Below, one piece after another: positions 29,166 to 40,694 of a DNA stretch of 64,000 nt. Both the position numbers and the translations under genes were made by a program. The stretch spans positions 3,378,784-3,442,783 of the forward strand of contig CM119270.1 in the NCBI GenBank assembly GCA_051294375.1. Direction: 5' to 3'. The DNA comes from Paraspadella gotoi. Its lineage: Eukaryota > Animalia > Chaetognatha. Numbering within the stretch: position 1 is the stretch's first letter; every line of letters starts with the position of its first letter. The notes under the pieces are model-generated. The model saw only the letters and a list, made by a program, of their open reading frames with translations. It was not told the DNA's origin and ran no database searches.

Positions 29166-30031
29166 AAAAAATAATAACTCAATCTCACTGATTAGATTTT
29201 AGGAAAGAAGGAGACAAAGTCAATTTTACGAAAAAGAGACAAAGTGAATTTTTCAACAACAAAAAATGATAACAATTTAAATTTAATCTTTTATGAAAAA
29301 TAGAAAACGAGGTGATTCGCTCCATCGAGTCAAGTATATTCAATAAATATATAAATAAATAAATAAATATATTCAAATTATTCATACTATTAATACTAAA
29401 AACCTTTATCACTTAGCCAATGAAAAGCGTAAAATAGAAGAAAGTCGGACCAACTTAAGTCAATTATTCAGTAGGAAATACTCGACTGTCAGTCTGACAC
29501 ACTGATTGACCTATTCAGAATCTAATTAAAAAAAACAAACAAAAAAAACAAACTTAAACGTCCGCCGTAGAATCTACGGAATCAGACAAATTAAACAATC
29601 GCAAAATATTAACAAACTGTCAACTTAAACAATTTAATCAAACGCCTAATGTCAACATCATGTAAATTCAAGCAATTTAAACAATTGCAAAACGTTAATA
29701 TCCCGTCATTTAGCGTTTTAGCAATTTAGATAAGCGAACGATTTCCGTTTGACAATTTATTTCTCTATTTTTTCTCCGGGGAACAAGTCTGGCTTACGTG
29801 GTTTAATATTTATATTGCGTTGCCAATCCTTGACGGATCGTCGTCGAGGTGAAGAAAGAAAGGAAGAGAGAAAAAGAAAGGAACAGAAAAGAAGAAGGAG
29901 AAAAAGAAAAGTAATAATGGTCGGCGTTGTTGTTTTTGTTGATGTTGTTGTTTTCAGCAGAATTAGGAATTCCGTACTCGCCCGGTCATTAAACCTCGGT
30001 TTGACAGAATGCCGAACGATGGAAGATCCAA

Positions 30032-30073
<42 letters not shown>

Positions 30074-30738
30074 CACCTAATTTTTTCCCAATAAAAAATA
30101 GAGACAAGACTCTGGTGGCAACAACATTCCATTCAATCTCCAACTCGTTCAATTTCGAAATTTCACAAAATCTGCGACAATCACGCCTTATTCACTATCA
30201 CGGCGCCAAGTTTCATCCACCGTGAATTTACGAGAAAGTAATGAAATATAATTTAACCGTCTGCGTGAATAAAGTTATGTTTTGTACATGTGAACGGCAG
30301 CTTCCATCGCGCTAAGGAGAAGAAATTTAAAACCGAGCGTCCAGAAAGATTTTTAAGCAGGCACAGCAAGCACAGTATTGAGTTTTTTTTTTACGGTTAC
30401 AGATAGGGGGTAAGTATTTTGTAAGAGATTAAAGATTTATCTTGAAATTAAGTTGAGGAATTAGGAACAGTAATAAGCCGCTTTCGGGAAATAGTGCTCG
30501 AACAATAACTACCATTTCGCTCGTTTAAATATTTACAAGCAAACAATAAGTTTTAAACGAATGGTGAATTTCGATTTCCCAACGAAAAAAAAAGAGACTT
30601 TCCACGAAACCCTACCTTCCATCGATCCATCCACCGCCAACCATACCACAGCCAACACACCTTCCTCCCACACCCAAACCACCCCACCTTCTCCCCACCC
30701 AACCACCCCCCTTCCCTCCCCCGCGCCCCCGACCTCAC

Positions 30739-30873
30739 CTCTCAAGAGCGGAAAGGCTCTGAAGTTCGACCTCATCTTGGTCCGGAACCGCGAGGAGCCT
30801 TGCGACTTTCTCGGCTTTTCTTTCCAGTCTTTGAGAAGGGATCTATGCGGTCAGTGAAACCCCCGCCGCTCAT
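30739..30873 (-). CDS. wdb: PP2A B56 regulatory subunit (widerborst/PPP2R5-type), coding exon 1
   Basis: Reads MSGGGFTDRIDPFSK...KPRKSQGSSRFRT.QDEVELQSLPLLR after allowing about 2-3 indels. This matches the widerborst-type N-terminus (MSSGTFVDRIDPF...KSQGSSRYR..QDVELQQLP.LK). Ends at a G|GTGAG donor, phase 1. Confidence 0.85.
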
Positions 30874-32048
30874 GGTGCCCCGCCGACCGCAGCGATGGCC
30901 GAGGATTGGAGGGGGAGGGACGAGGGTAAGGGGGGGGAGACTGGATGAGGGTCACCACCACACGCCGGCGACGGACGACGACGACGACGACGACGGACGC
31001 ACGGCGACGCGACGGAGATTGAGGACGTCGACGTCATTATAAGTGTCGACGAGTTGGATGAGGAGGCGGGGCGCGCTGTGAGTTACGAGGGGCCGGGGGG
31101 GAAAGAAAATTAAGGGATGACAATTTTAGAGTAACAAAGTTTTTATTAGGGTTAGGCAACGGGGAAATTTATTAGTTTTGGACGTGAACAAAAATTCGGG
31201 TCTTCTTCGGCGTGAGAAAAACGTTGGTGAAAATTTTGAGTCGAAACATTGTCCATTTGTAAAAAAAAATAAATTGTTCCGTTGCCGAATAGTCTTAATA
31301 ACAAAAACTTTTGTTACTCTGAAGCAAAAAAGCGACGAAAAGAAAGTAAATCACAGAATGAGGAGATGAATTGAAAAGACTCCTAAAAAATATTGTACCG
31401 CTTCATTGATAGAGGAAGCCAGGTATTCTGGAAGGCAAGAAGAGGCAAGTTCAACGGTCGCACCGTAATGACTTTCTTCTAGTTCTACGCACACATTTTT
31501 AAATTATCACTTGACTACGTGAATATGACACTTATGTACAAGAAGCGGCATATGGTTGATCACTTTCTTGTCAAGTACGAACTATAATAACCAATTGGAA
31601 CTGATCACGTGACTACACAAGTATTGAACACTTGCGCAAGACGTATTAACTAAAATGACTTCATGAATCATGTAGCATCGAATATGTGATCATGTGAAAA
31701 TAAAGTACACAAAGGGAATTATAATTTGTTCATCAAATGAATGCATAATTTCTATATTTGTTCTCGCAATATCATCGATATGTAAATAGAAATAAAAGGT
31801 TGATCGTTACTAAATGATTAAGTTAAGTGAAGATCGCGGGAAAGGGATATGTTTTTGTAACTCTTCTCCGTCTTGTAATAGAGATATAGAGATATAGACT
31901 CTCGTGTTTATTTTTAGCGCACGTTCATTTGTTTGTACAGTTTCTCGATCTGTTTACGTTCCAAAGTGAGAATGAGTAGAAGGAGACACAAAAAGAGAAA
32001 GGAAGAATGAGAGAGATAAAAAGGGAAAGAAAGAGAGAGAGAGAGAGA

Positions 32049-32159
<111 letters not shown>

Positions 32160-32249
32160 TAAAAAAAGTTAAATAAAAAAATGAGTCAACTTGACCCCCA
32201 TAACTCGGATCAACTGCTCCTTCCGCTAAGTTTCCCTCCCCAAGTTCAC

Positions 32250-32530
32250 CGCTAATCGGCGCTGGCGTCGCTCAGGATCCTAAGATGGCGCCCGCGGCGT
32301 CACGATTACATCCTGCGACGGTCGGCGTCGTCGTCCGCGCGCGCGAGAGCGGCGTTCCGTCGCCGACGGAGAGAGAGTGAGAGACGATGGAGGCGCCCCG
32401 AACTTCCCGGATCCTTTGCGGCCTTCGTGGCGCCGCAAAAAAAGGCGTCACGTGTCCGCGCAACGCGTCGTCATGGCGCCGTTTCGGTTCAAGTTCTTTC
32501 GAAGGGGGGCGCAAGTTTCGTGTCTCTTCG
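32250..32530 (-). promoter_or_regulatory. CpG-rich island, probable promoter/5' UTR region of the B56 gene
   Basis: CG-dense block about 1.4 kb upstream of coding exon 1. Contains AAGATGGCG (YY1-type) and GTCACGTG (E-box/CRE-like) motifs. Confidence 0.4.
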
Positions 32531-34096
32531 TTTTCGTTTTACTGTTTCGTCGTTTTCGGGGGGGTCAACTTTTTTGTTTCGTGGGTTGATGGCTTCTCGA
32601 GAAAAAAGTCATTCGACGGAATAGAATTAATTTTTTTTTCTCTCGGCTTCGGTTCGCAGTCAACTTCTAAGGAAGTAAAAAACGAAAAAAAGGCTAAAAT
32701 CAAATTTAGACGCAATTTTTTTAAAGAAACTTTTTTTCCCTCTCAATTGAGATAAGAAGACGAGAATAGCGCGCGCGGCGTCTGCTCGGAAGATCGAGAG
32801 ATGGGACGCGAATCGCGAGAACTGAAGAATTCGATCCCGTCAGTCAGTCCATATGTGAGTCGGTCTGTCATTCCATTCAGCGGTCAGTCTGCGACTCTAT
32901 CGGTATGTCAGTTCGTCAGTCGTTTTGTCTATTCGTCCATCCATTGTTAGCAAGTATACAAAACTTGATCTTCTCTCAGTCGGTCAATTATTTTTCAATC
33001 TGTGAGTCCTTTCGTCTGACCGTCAGCTCGACATCCAGTCGTTTCGTAAGTCGGGCTATCCTTACAAATGTTATTCGGTCTTTTTGCCAGTCTGACTGTC
33101 GATCTATCTGAAAGCTTGACTGTCAGTCAGTTTGTGTGTCCGGAAACACCGTTCTTTTCAACGAGCGACGAAAGCGATTTTTCAGTTAAGAACCGTTGAC
33201 GCTTGTCGGCTTCTAATTAAGCAATTAGCGCTTGCGACTTTAATAAAATAACCTGAGAAATTCATGATTATTAATCAATAAAATATGATATTTTTCTGAG
33301 TTCGTTTCGTCGGGAGTCCGTAGTTCAAAACATGTTCTTGTAGACTTACAGTACGATTTTACATGTTTTTATAGATTACATGCGTCATCATTACGAGTAA
33401 GTTTTCAGTTTTAAAAGAGAAAAGAAATTCTGCCTTTGCCCAAAAGGGAAAAGAGAAAGGGCATAAACCGAATTATATCATCGAATCCTTCTTGGATTAA
33501 GTCTTTTTAACTTTTTTATTTATATTCACATTTAATTATCTTTCTCCTTGTTTTAAAACTAAAGCGTTCCCAATTTTTGTTACCAATTAATTTTTTTCTT
33601 CAAAAATTCCCAGGGACCTAATCGGTTGAGACTAGTAGTCATAAACCAATTAGACCCAGGTGACTTATAAGCCGCGCCAATTTTATGACCCACAACATTT
33701 AAAAAAAAAAATTGGTTAGAAGTTTCGTCCAGGACACGCGTACGACAATTAAAAGAGAAACAGAGAGCGAGTGAGACAGAGTGAGTCAGAGACAGGAAGA
33801 AACGGACACAATAACGGACGAAATTCGAGAGAAAAAACCGGAAACAAAAAACAGAGCGATAAAGTTACTGGAGGAATCGACTTTTTTTTTCTTTCGGATC
33901 AAAGTCACGTTTCATTTTCTTTTTTTTTTTTTTTAAATTACAAGTTGAAGCGACTGGAAAATGTCGGACCGCCCGAACTGAGTCGACGAGAGAATTGGAA
34001 GCCGGGTTCGCCCTTACCCTCCCCGACAGGGCGGAGAGAAACAGTCGAAAGAAACAACCTTACCAACTGGTTATCTGCTGCCGTCGGTAGGACTGC

Positions 34097-34140
<44 letters not shown>

Positions 34141-34504
34141 CTCTCCACCAACGATTGATAAACAAAGCAACCTATGACGTCGAACCGACAGAGGGCCAAG
34201 CGGGGGGCGGGCATGGTTTCGGGACGTTTGAGAAACAAAAGACTGGGAGAAGTTTTATTAGAAATATAATTAAACTTTATACTGATGTTTTATAGTTTCA
34301 TATCGATATTTTCTAACAGTTCTGACGTTGCACGTAACAATTTAGAGTAAAAAGCTGTTTATCATTTCCAGCTGTTACCATAGTTTTTTAAAATCCACAG
34401 TCAGTAGTAAACAAATGCCTCTGACTCTGAGAAATTTCAGCTATTTATTATTTATAACTCGCGCGAAAAGTATTTAAATCTTCAAAATATATATCTAAAC
34501 ATAT

Positions 34505-35160
34505 TGAAGAGACAGTAATGATTGTTATGTGTTAGTGACAGAACCAATCAATATAAGCAGTCCTTGAGCTTCGGATCAGGCTGTAACACCATGTTACAGG
34601 CGGGTAAAGCGCCCCGTCCCTCTTAACTGCTTGGCGACAACCGGGCTAGAACCCCAGACCTTTGGGTTGGGAGGTGAATGACTTGCCTCCGGCATCAATG
34701 GCCGCTGATGAATGGTTGGTGGATTTTAGTCCACCATACATCCCCCCCTCCTGTAGGAAGAAGTCTGTTGCGTCTCTTCAGTGAATAGTTGTTGTTGGTG
34801 GAAAGTGCGTGACCAAGTTGAGGCATGTCGCCTTATGTGTTGTTGGCGGAAAGTGCATCGCCAGGTTGAGGCATGTCGCCTGAAAGTGTTGTTGTTGCTG
34901 TTGTGTTCGGAAGTCGGGTTCACCAATGAAGAGGCAGTAATAATTGTTATGAGTTAGTGATAGAACTGCTCAATATAAGCAGTCCCTGAGCTTTGGATCA
35001 GGCTGTAACACCATGTTACAGGCGGGTTAAGCGCCCTGTCCCTCTTAACTGCTTGGCGGCCACCGGGCTAGAACTCCGAACCTTTGGGTTGGGAGGCGAA
35101 TGACTTGCCTCCGCCACCAATGGCCGCTGATGAACGATTGGTGGATTTTAGTCCACCATA
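34505..35160 (-). mobile_element. Miniature non-autonomous LTR retrotransposon (TRIM) with tRNA-like LTRs, family B copy 1
   Basis: Two ~234-bp direct repeats (35160-34927 and 34738-34505) ending in ...TTCA. A PBS TGGTGAACCCGAC (34925-34913) lies 1 nt after the 5' LTR, and a PPT AGGAGGGGGGGA (34752-34741) precedes the 3' LTR. The internal region is ~190 bp and non-coding. Confidence 0.9.
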
Positions 35161-35220
35161 AGAGGATAGAAGATAAACAAAAATTACATTAAAAATAAAA
35201 GAAATACAGTTATAATTATA

Positions 35221-36000
35221 TTATGGTTTCTCTATAATGTAAATCGCAAGAACAAAATCATTTTTGAAAATTGGAGCCGCGGTTGAAGTTGTACCGTTTT
35301 CGACGAAGGCGATGTTTCGTAATAAATGACAACCGTATTGTTCAACACCAACTATGTTCTGTTTAAGTAAAGGAATGAATAAAAAAAATTAGGCAAGATT
35401 ATTTCAAACGTTTGAATATTAGCCCAAGGTTTAGACTATATTATTAAAATTGTTTTAACAATGCATAACTGAATTCCTTAGGATTCCATTGGTAAAACAA
35501 ATAAATAATTTGTTTATTTTAAAGGCAAAACTGATCAAATGATTACCGTTAAGAAAAATCCTCTCGATTCGACATTTGCCAACATTTCATAAGCACACTT
35601 CATAAAACCTTCGACTAATTTTGCCTCGCCGAAGTTTTCCATGTGATTCGGAACTTTGTTAACCATCCTTAAGACGGCATAGTTCAGATCTATATAGATT
35701 TATTTTTTTAGTATTATATACAATGATCGGTCTTTGAATTTTTAAAAAAAAATAAAAATCGACGTTTTCGTTTGAACGATTTGAGCTTTCAAAAGTTTCT
35801 ATTATTACAGTAAATGTGATTTAAAGTTTTCGCACGAGTTTCTCCTTATTTTGAGAAACTGTACATTGTACAGTGTACAACGACGTAACCGAGTACTTAC
35901 GAATTATTTTGCGAAAGGGAGCAGAAGCGTCACATTTACTCTTCATCCAAATACACAAAACCAGGTAAATTGCAAGCATTATTCTTTTCCGCGCGAACAT
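35221..36000 (-). CDS. Small secreted protein A, 126 aa, 3 exons (36000-35901, 35689-35547, 35358-35221); unknown family, possibly PAN/Apple-like
   Basis: GT-AG introns of phase 1 and 0 give a 381-nt open frame: MFARKRIMLAIYLVLCIWMKSKCDASAPFRKIIH LNYAVLRMVNKVPNHMENFGEAKLVEGFMKCAYEMLANVESRGFFLT NIVGVEQYGCHLLRNIAFVENGTTSTAAPIFKNDFVLAIYIIEKP*. The N-terminus is hydrophobic, and the protein is a paralog of the adjacent gene. Confidence 0.85.
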
Positions 36001-36552
36001 CTTCTGCGATGAGTTAAAAGTAGTACAACGCAAAAAAGCCAGTTCGAGTTTCGATATCAGTTAAATCACACAAAAGGTTGTGGATTCTATGTGTATCAAA
36101 ACAACAGAAAACGATAGAACACGAAAGGAATCACTGAATATTTTAGGAGACTTGCAGTAAGCTCCCTCATCCTGGTCTTTCAGTTCAGTAGTATCGTATG
36201 ACTAAATTAGTAAAAACCAAAGCTTATTAATGAATAATAATTAACAATTTATGCAGCATACTTAAAGTACTTAAATACCCACCGCTTACTATACTATGGT
36301 TTATGTACGACTGTCCTCTACTACTTTTTTTCACCTTATCCAATTTGAGTAAAAGGGTCTAGACATTACAGGCAGAACATGATATGATTAAAATCGATTT
36401 ATTTAAAGTTTAAAAACCAGCAATATTCCGAGGCGGCCAAAACATTTTAAATACCTAACAGCTAACACTATATTATTTAAAAATATATATATAAAATGTA
36501 GATGTCTAGATATCGTCCAAATCTAGGTAAATCAGTAAAAGACTACGATAAA

Positions 36553-37332
36553 TCAATAATGTGGTCTCCTCGAAATGTAAACAAACATGGAGACATTTTC
36601 TACAATAGGTGCCGCGGTTGAAGTGGAGTTTCCGCTCGTGATGTTTCGCAGCAAATGGCAAGGATATCCAGCCGATTCAGTTGCGTTCTGTACAAAGAAA
36701 ATTATTTATAAGGGTAACTTATATTTTTATACTATACTATACTATCATTTAAGGAAAAAAATTCATTTAAGATGAAACATTACAAAAGTCTAAATTATTA
36801 ACCGAGTTCCCATTTGGTCCAAAAAGGTTACAATTAATTCATGTACCAATAAAAATGGTTTACTTCATCGTAAAATTAAAACAGGATTACAGTAGATTAA
36901 TTAATTATTACCGTTAAGAAAAATCCTTCAGCCTGACGATTCAATAATACTTTATTGGCACAATCACTGGGTCCACTAACAAAATACTTTGGTCCAAATC
37001 CTTCCATGTAGGAAGGAATATCAGGAATCAGCATAAAGTTAGCCCATTGCGTATCTAAGTGAGGATAGAAGAAATAAAGCTATTCAATTCATCCTTATTC
37101 TTATTGGAAATACTTTTGTTTTTAATTTCAAAATTTAGGGATTTATTTCCTCTTCAATGAATACATTAACAGAAAAATAGTACTTACCTATTTTGGTAGA
37201 AATCCTCGGATTCGGTCTATATAGAGTCGCGTTAAAAATATTGACGCTATGGCAACGGGAGGCGAATTTTAGATTCGCCACAATGCACCAAAAAAGCGCA
37301 AAAACCAACATTGTTCTTCTCCATGTGGACAT
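36553..37332 (-). CDS. Small secreted protein B, 140 aa, 3 exons (37332-37188, 37054-36912, 36687-36553); tandem paralog of A
   Basis: 423-nt open frame: MSTWRRTMLVFALFWCIVANLKFASRCHSVNIFNATLYRPNPRISTKID TQWANFMLIPDIPSYMEGFGPKYFVSGPSDCANKVLLNRQAEGFFLT NATESAGYPCHLLRNITSGNSTSTAAPIVENVSMFVYISRRPHY*. The middle exon is the same length (143 nt) and the intron phases are identical to gene A. Confidence 0.85.
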
Positions 37333-37619
37333 TTTTTACCCTTAATAGTTAATGAAGGTTTCAGATGGGACGAAAAAAAAAACCTGTTTCCGAAGGAAAT
37401 GAATCGGAGAATTTGAAAGAGAGTTCGGTGACCCTATATTTCTGGCGAAACTGCAACCGAGCAAACGAAGGAGTAATTAGGGAAATGAATTTAAGATGTG
37501 TGAATTCTTGCATTTTTATTCGTAGTTCAGAGTGTTTCAAGCTTGGGAAATACATTAAATGAATACATTTATAACAACTGTAAAAACTGTACTCATGGAC
37601 TAAGAAATTTTTGCTGTTT

Positions 37620-38410
37620 TATATCTGTTGTATAGTTTCCTTTCGTTTCGTTGTTTATAAAATTAGTTTACAAAGTAGAAGAGTTTTATTTTCTTTTTAA
37701 GAACGTTTATTCAATGAATCGTACATGTTTCGGTTTTTTATTTCAAACCTTCATCAGAGCATTAGACAATTTTGTGAAATTTGGAACAGAGATATTGTTA
37801 AAGAAAGGAATGGGGAGGGGGAGAGAGAGAGAGAGAGAGAGACCAACAAAGAATAGAGGGAAAGGATAGTGGTCAGATGTGAGGACAGTGAGATTGTGAA
37901 AGGAAGTGAAATTTGAAGGCTGAAGAAGTTTTTAGATAATACATTTTTGAAATGTACAAAATTGTAAAATTGTCAAAACTTGTCAAATAAATTAATAACC
38001 ATGTGAAAATAAATACTAAATACTAAATAAGGTTAAATTGAAAGGGAAGGAGATCGTGGAAAGAAAAGTAAAGATAGTGAAATTTAACAGTAGAAGAAAG
38101 AGTTAAAAATGAGAATGGTCCCCTATCGGTCGCGTGAAGGAGAGGCAGTGCCCATGTGGGCGAGTCGTGGGCGAGTCATGGGCTGCGAGGACGGTGAAGT
38201 CGAGTCGATATGTGCAGGATCAGGTACAGTTCCTTGCGGGAACATGCCGAATGCTCGTCGAATGTCCCGTTGGCCTGATGCCATTGGGTAGGGTTGACTC
38301 CTTTTCTCAAAAACCGAAACATATACGATTCATTAAATAAACGTTGTTAAAAAGAAAATAAAACTATTCTACTCTGTAAACACCAAACAGTTTTATATCG
38401 TATTCTTTAT
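37620..38410 (-). mobile_element. Penelope-like remnant with an inverted terminal segment and a minimal hammerhead-ribozyme core
   Basis: 37665-37738 is the reverse complement of ~38309-38380. The minus strand at 37756-37721 reads CTGATGA-AGGTTT-loop-AAACC-GAAAC-AT-GTA. Confidence 0.45.
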
Positions 38411-38587
38411 TTTAAAAAACTCACGATTTTATCAGCAATCAAAGAAGTTCCATAGCCCTGAGCTACAGCTGTCCGGAGATGCCTCACTCCCCTGATCAAA
38501 CGTGTCTCCCCGTTGCATAAGATAAGGAATGAGCCAAAGATAAAAAAATTCCTAGATTATAAGATAACATTAGAGATATAAAGATAT

Positions 38588-39238
38588 TGAAGAGACAGTA
38601 ATAATTGTTATGAGTTAGTGATACGAAACCGTTCAATATAAGCAGTCCCTTGAGCTTCGGATCAGGCTGTAACACCATGTTACAGGCGGGTTAAAGCGCC
38701 CCGTCCCTCTAAACTGCACTGCGACCAACCGGGCTAGAACCCCGGACCTTTGGGTTGGGAGGTGAATGACTTGCCTCCGGCATCAATGGCCGCTGATGAT
38801 GGTTGTGGGTTTTAGTCCACCATACATCCCCCCCTCCTGTAGGAAGAAGTCTGTTGCGTCTCTTCAGTGAATAGTTGTTGTTGGTGGAAAGTGCGACCAA
38901 GTTGAGGCATGTCGCCTATGTGTGTTGGCGGAAAGTGCATCGCCAGGTTGAGGCATGTCGCCTGAAAGTGTTGTTGTTGCTGTTGTGTTCGGAAGTCGGG
39001 TTCACCAATGAAGAGGCAGTAATAATTGTTATGAGTTAGTGATAGAACTGCTCATATAAGCAGTCCCTGAGCTTTGGATCAGGCTGTAACACCATGTAAC
39101 AGGCGGGTTAAGCGCCCTGTCCCTCTTAAACTGCTTGGCGCCACCGGGCTAGAACCCGAACCTTTGGTTGGGAGGCGAATGACTTGCCTCCGCCACCAAT
39201 GGCGCTGATGAACGGTTGGTGGGTTTTAGTCCACCATA
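38588..39238 (-). mobile_element. TRIM with tRNA-like LTRs, family B copy 2
   Basis: Same LTR-PBS-internal-PPT-LTR layout (LTRs 39238-39009 and 38824-38588), flanked by the 4-bp direct repeat ATAT/ATAT. Confidence 0.9.
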
Positions 39239-39701
39239 ATATAAAGATTACAGATTATCGACTGATTTGGCGCGATTCATCGGCGACGTTGACCCAGATG
39301 CGTTATCGATCGTCAACTTTCAAAGAATTAGTTCATTTTTTTTTCCTTTCGCCTTTTTTTTAAATGCATCGACAGGTGGCTGCGCGCCGGGGTAACCGGT
39401 TGAGTAGGAATTTCGTCGTGATTGGAGTGACTCGGCTAAACTACAAACCGAATTAAACTTTACAGGATACAGGACCAGAGGAATCGTTAACAAATTTATA
39501 CGGGAGATGACGTCTGCTTAAATTAACTTTCAACGAGGAGAAGATACGGCTCTCTCCAGTTTCTCCTCGATACTGCCATAAAGTAACATTTATTGAAGAA
39601 GCGTTTATATCTACACCATTACTAATGGCATTATAATTGTACCAAATCAATTGATCGTTGGTCCAGAGAGCAGCGAGCTATTTTTGATCTGGCATCTAAA
39701 C

Positions 39702-40406
39702 TAGGGTTCCGATAACCGTTAACAGTTAACGGTTATTAACGGTTAAAAATAATTTTAACTTAACCGTTAATATATTTATTTTAACGGTTAAATTCGGTTA
39801 ATTTTCAAGTATGATTTTTGTTATGAAAACTTTGATTTTTTAAGAAAAAATTTTTTTTTCCTTATTCTCCTCTTCCTTTCTCACTTTATTTTTTCCCCTC
39901 TCTCTGTTCTACATTTTCCCCTTTTTTTTCTTTGTTATTTTCAACCCTTTTAATCTTTTTCTATCCTAATCTATTATCATTTTTTTTTGCCCTTTCGGTT
40001 TTTTTTTACTTACTTTCTCCTAATTGTTTTCGTTTTTNNNNNNNNNNNNNNNNNNNNNNNNNCAGAATTAAAATTACATTGTGCTTTTTCTTTCATTGTC
40101 TTTTTTCATATTTTTATTATGCTATGAGGCAAAGAAAAATTTATTATAATGCTGTTTTTTCAAACCAATTTCTCATTTATAAACGATAATGTGTACCTCA
40201 TATATCTGAAATAAAAGATAACGACGATTCAGTAGCCGGAGTTAAGGAGAAAATACCATTAAATACTTTAGTTAGTTTCGAATATTAATATTTTAAAATT
40301 TAAAATTAAATTATAAAATTAACCGATTTTAACGTTTAACCGTTAAAACGTTAGTTTTAACGGTTTAAGCGAAGTTCCTCAAAAAATTAACGATTAACGG
40401 AACCTA
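39702..40406. mobile_element. hAT-type MITE
   Basis: Terminal inverted repeats TAGGGTTCCG.../...CGGAACCTA, subterminal TTAACGG/CCGTTAA motif clusters and a perfect 8-bp TSD ATCTAAAC. Confidence 0.88.
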
Positions 40407-40439
40407 ATCTAAACCTGCCTGTCATTTGGCCTGACGCTA

Positions 40440-40694
40440 TGTAGTCGGGCAATTGCCTAGGTTCATCCCTCCTATAGCATGACACTTTCCGTTGTGACCC
40501 GGTGGCTCATTGAGTAAAGCCGTCAGCTCATGAACCACTGGTACTGGGTTCAATCCCAAACCGGTACCTGCGTGGCAAACCCTCAAGCCTAGTTCTAAGT
40601 CCAGGACCCGTTCCGTGTCTGCTATGGGGGCTGCTAGGGTGGCTTATAGAAGTTACGGATAGTCATCTTCAGCCCACTTAACGCCTAATCCACA
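40440..40694 (+). mobile_element. Family A solo LTR with tRNA-like cassette
   Basis: TGTAGTCGGGC...ATCCACA with the same A/B boxes. Flanks GCTA/GTTA are a 3/4 match. Confidence 0.82.

Noticed and set aside
34704-34740. CTGATGA in the family B LTR as a hammerhead ribozyme
   Set aside because: No GAAA/stem III/NUH follows the hairpin.
35056-35127. tRNA-like units in the LTRs as functional tRNA genes or ordinary SINEs
   Set aside because: The anticodon stems are poorly paired, and the units are embedded within LTR-bounded repeats that have a PBS/PPT and 4-bp TSDs.
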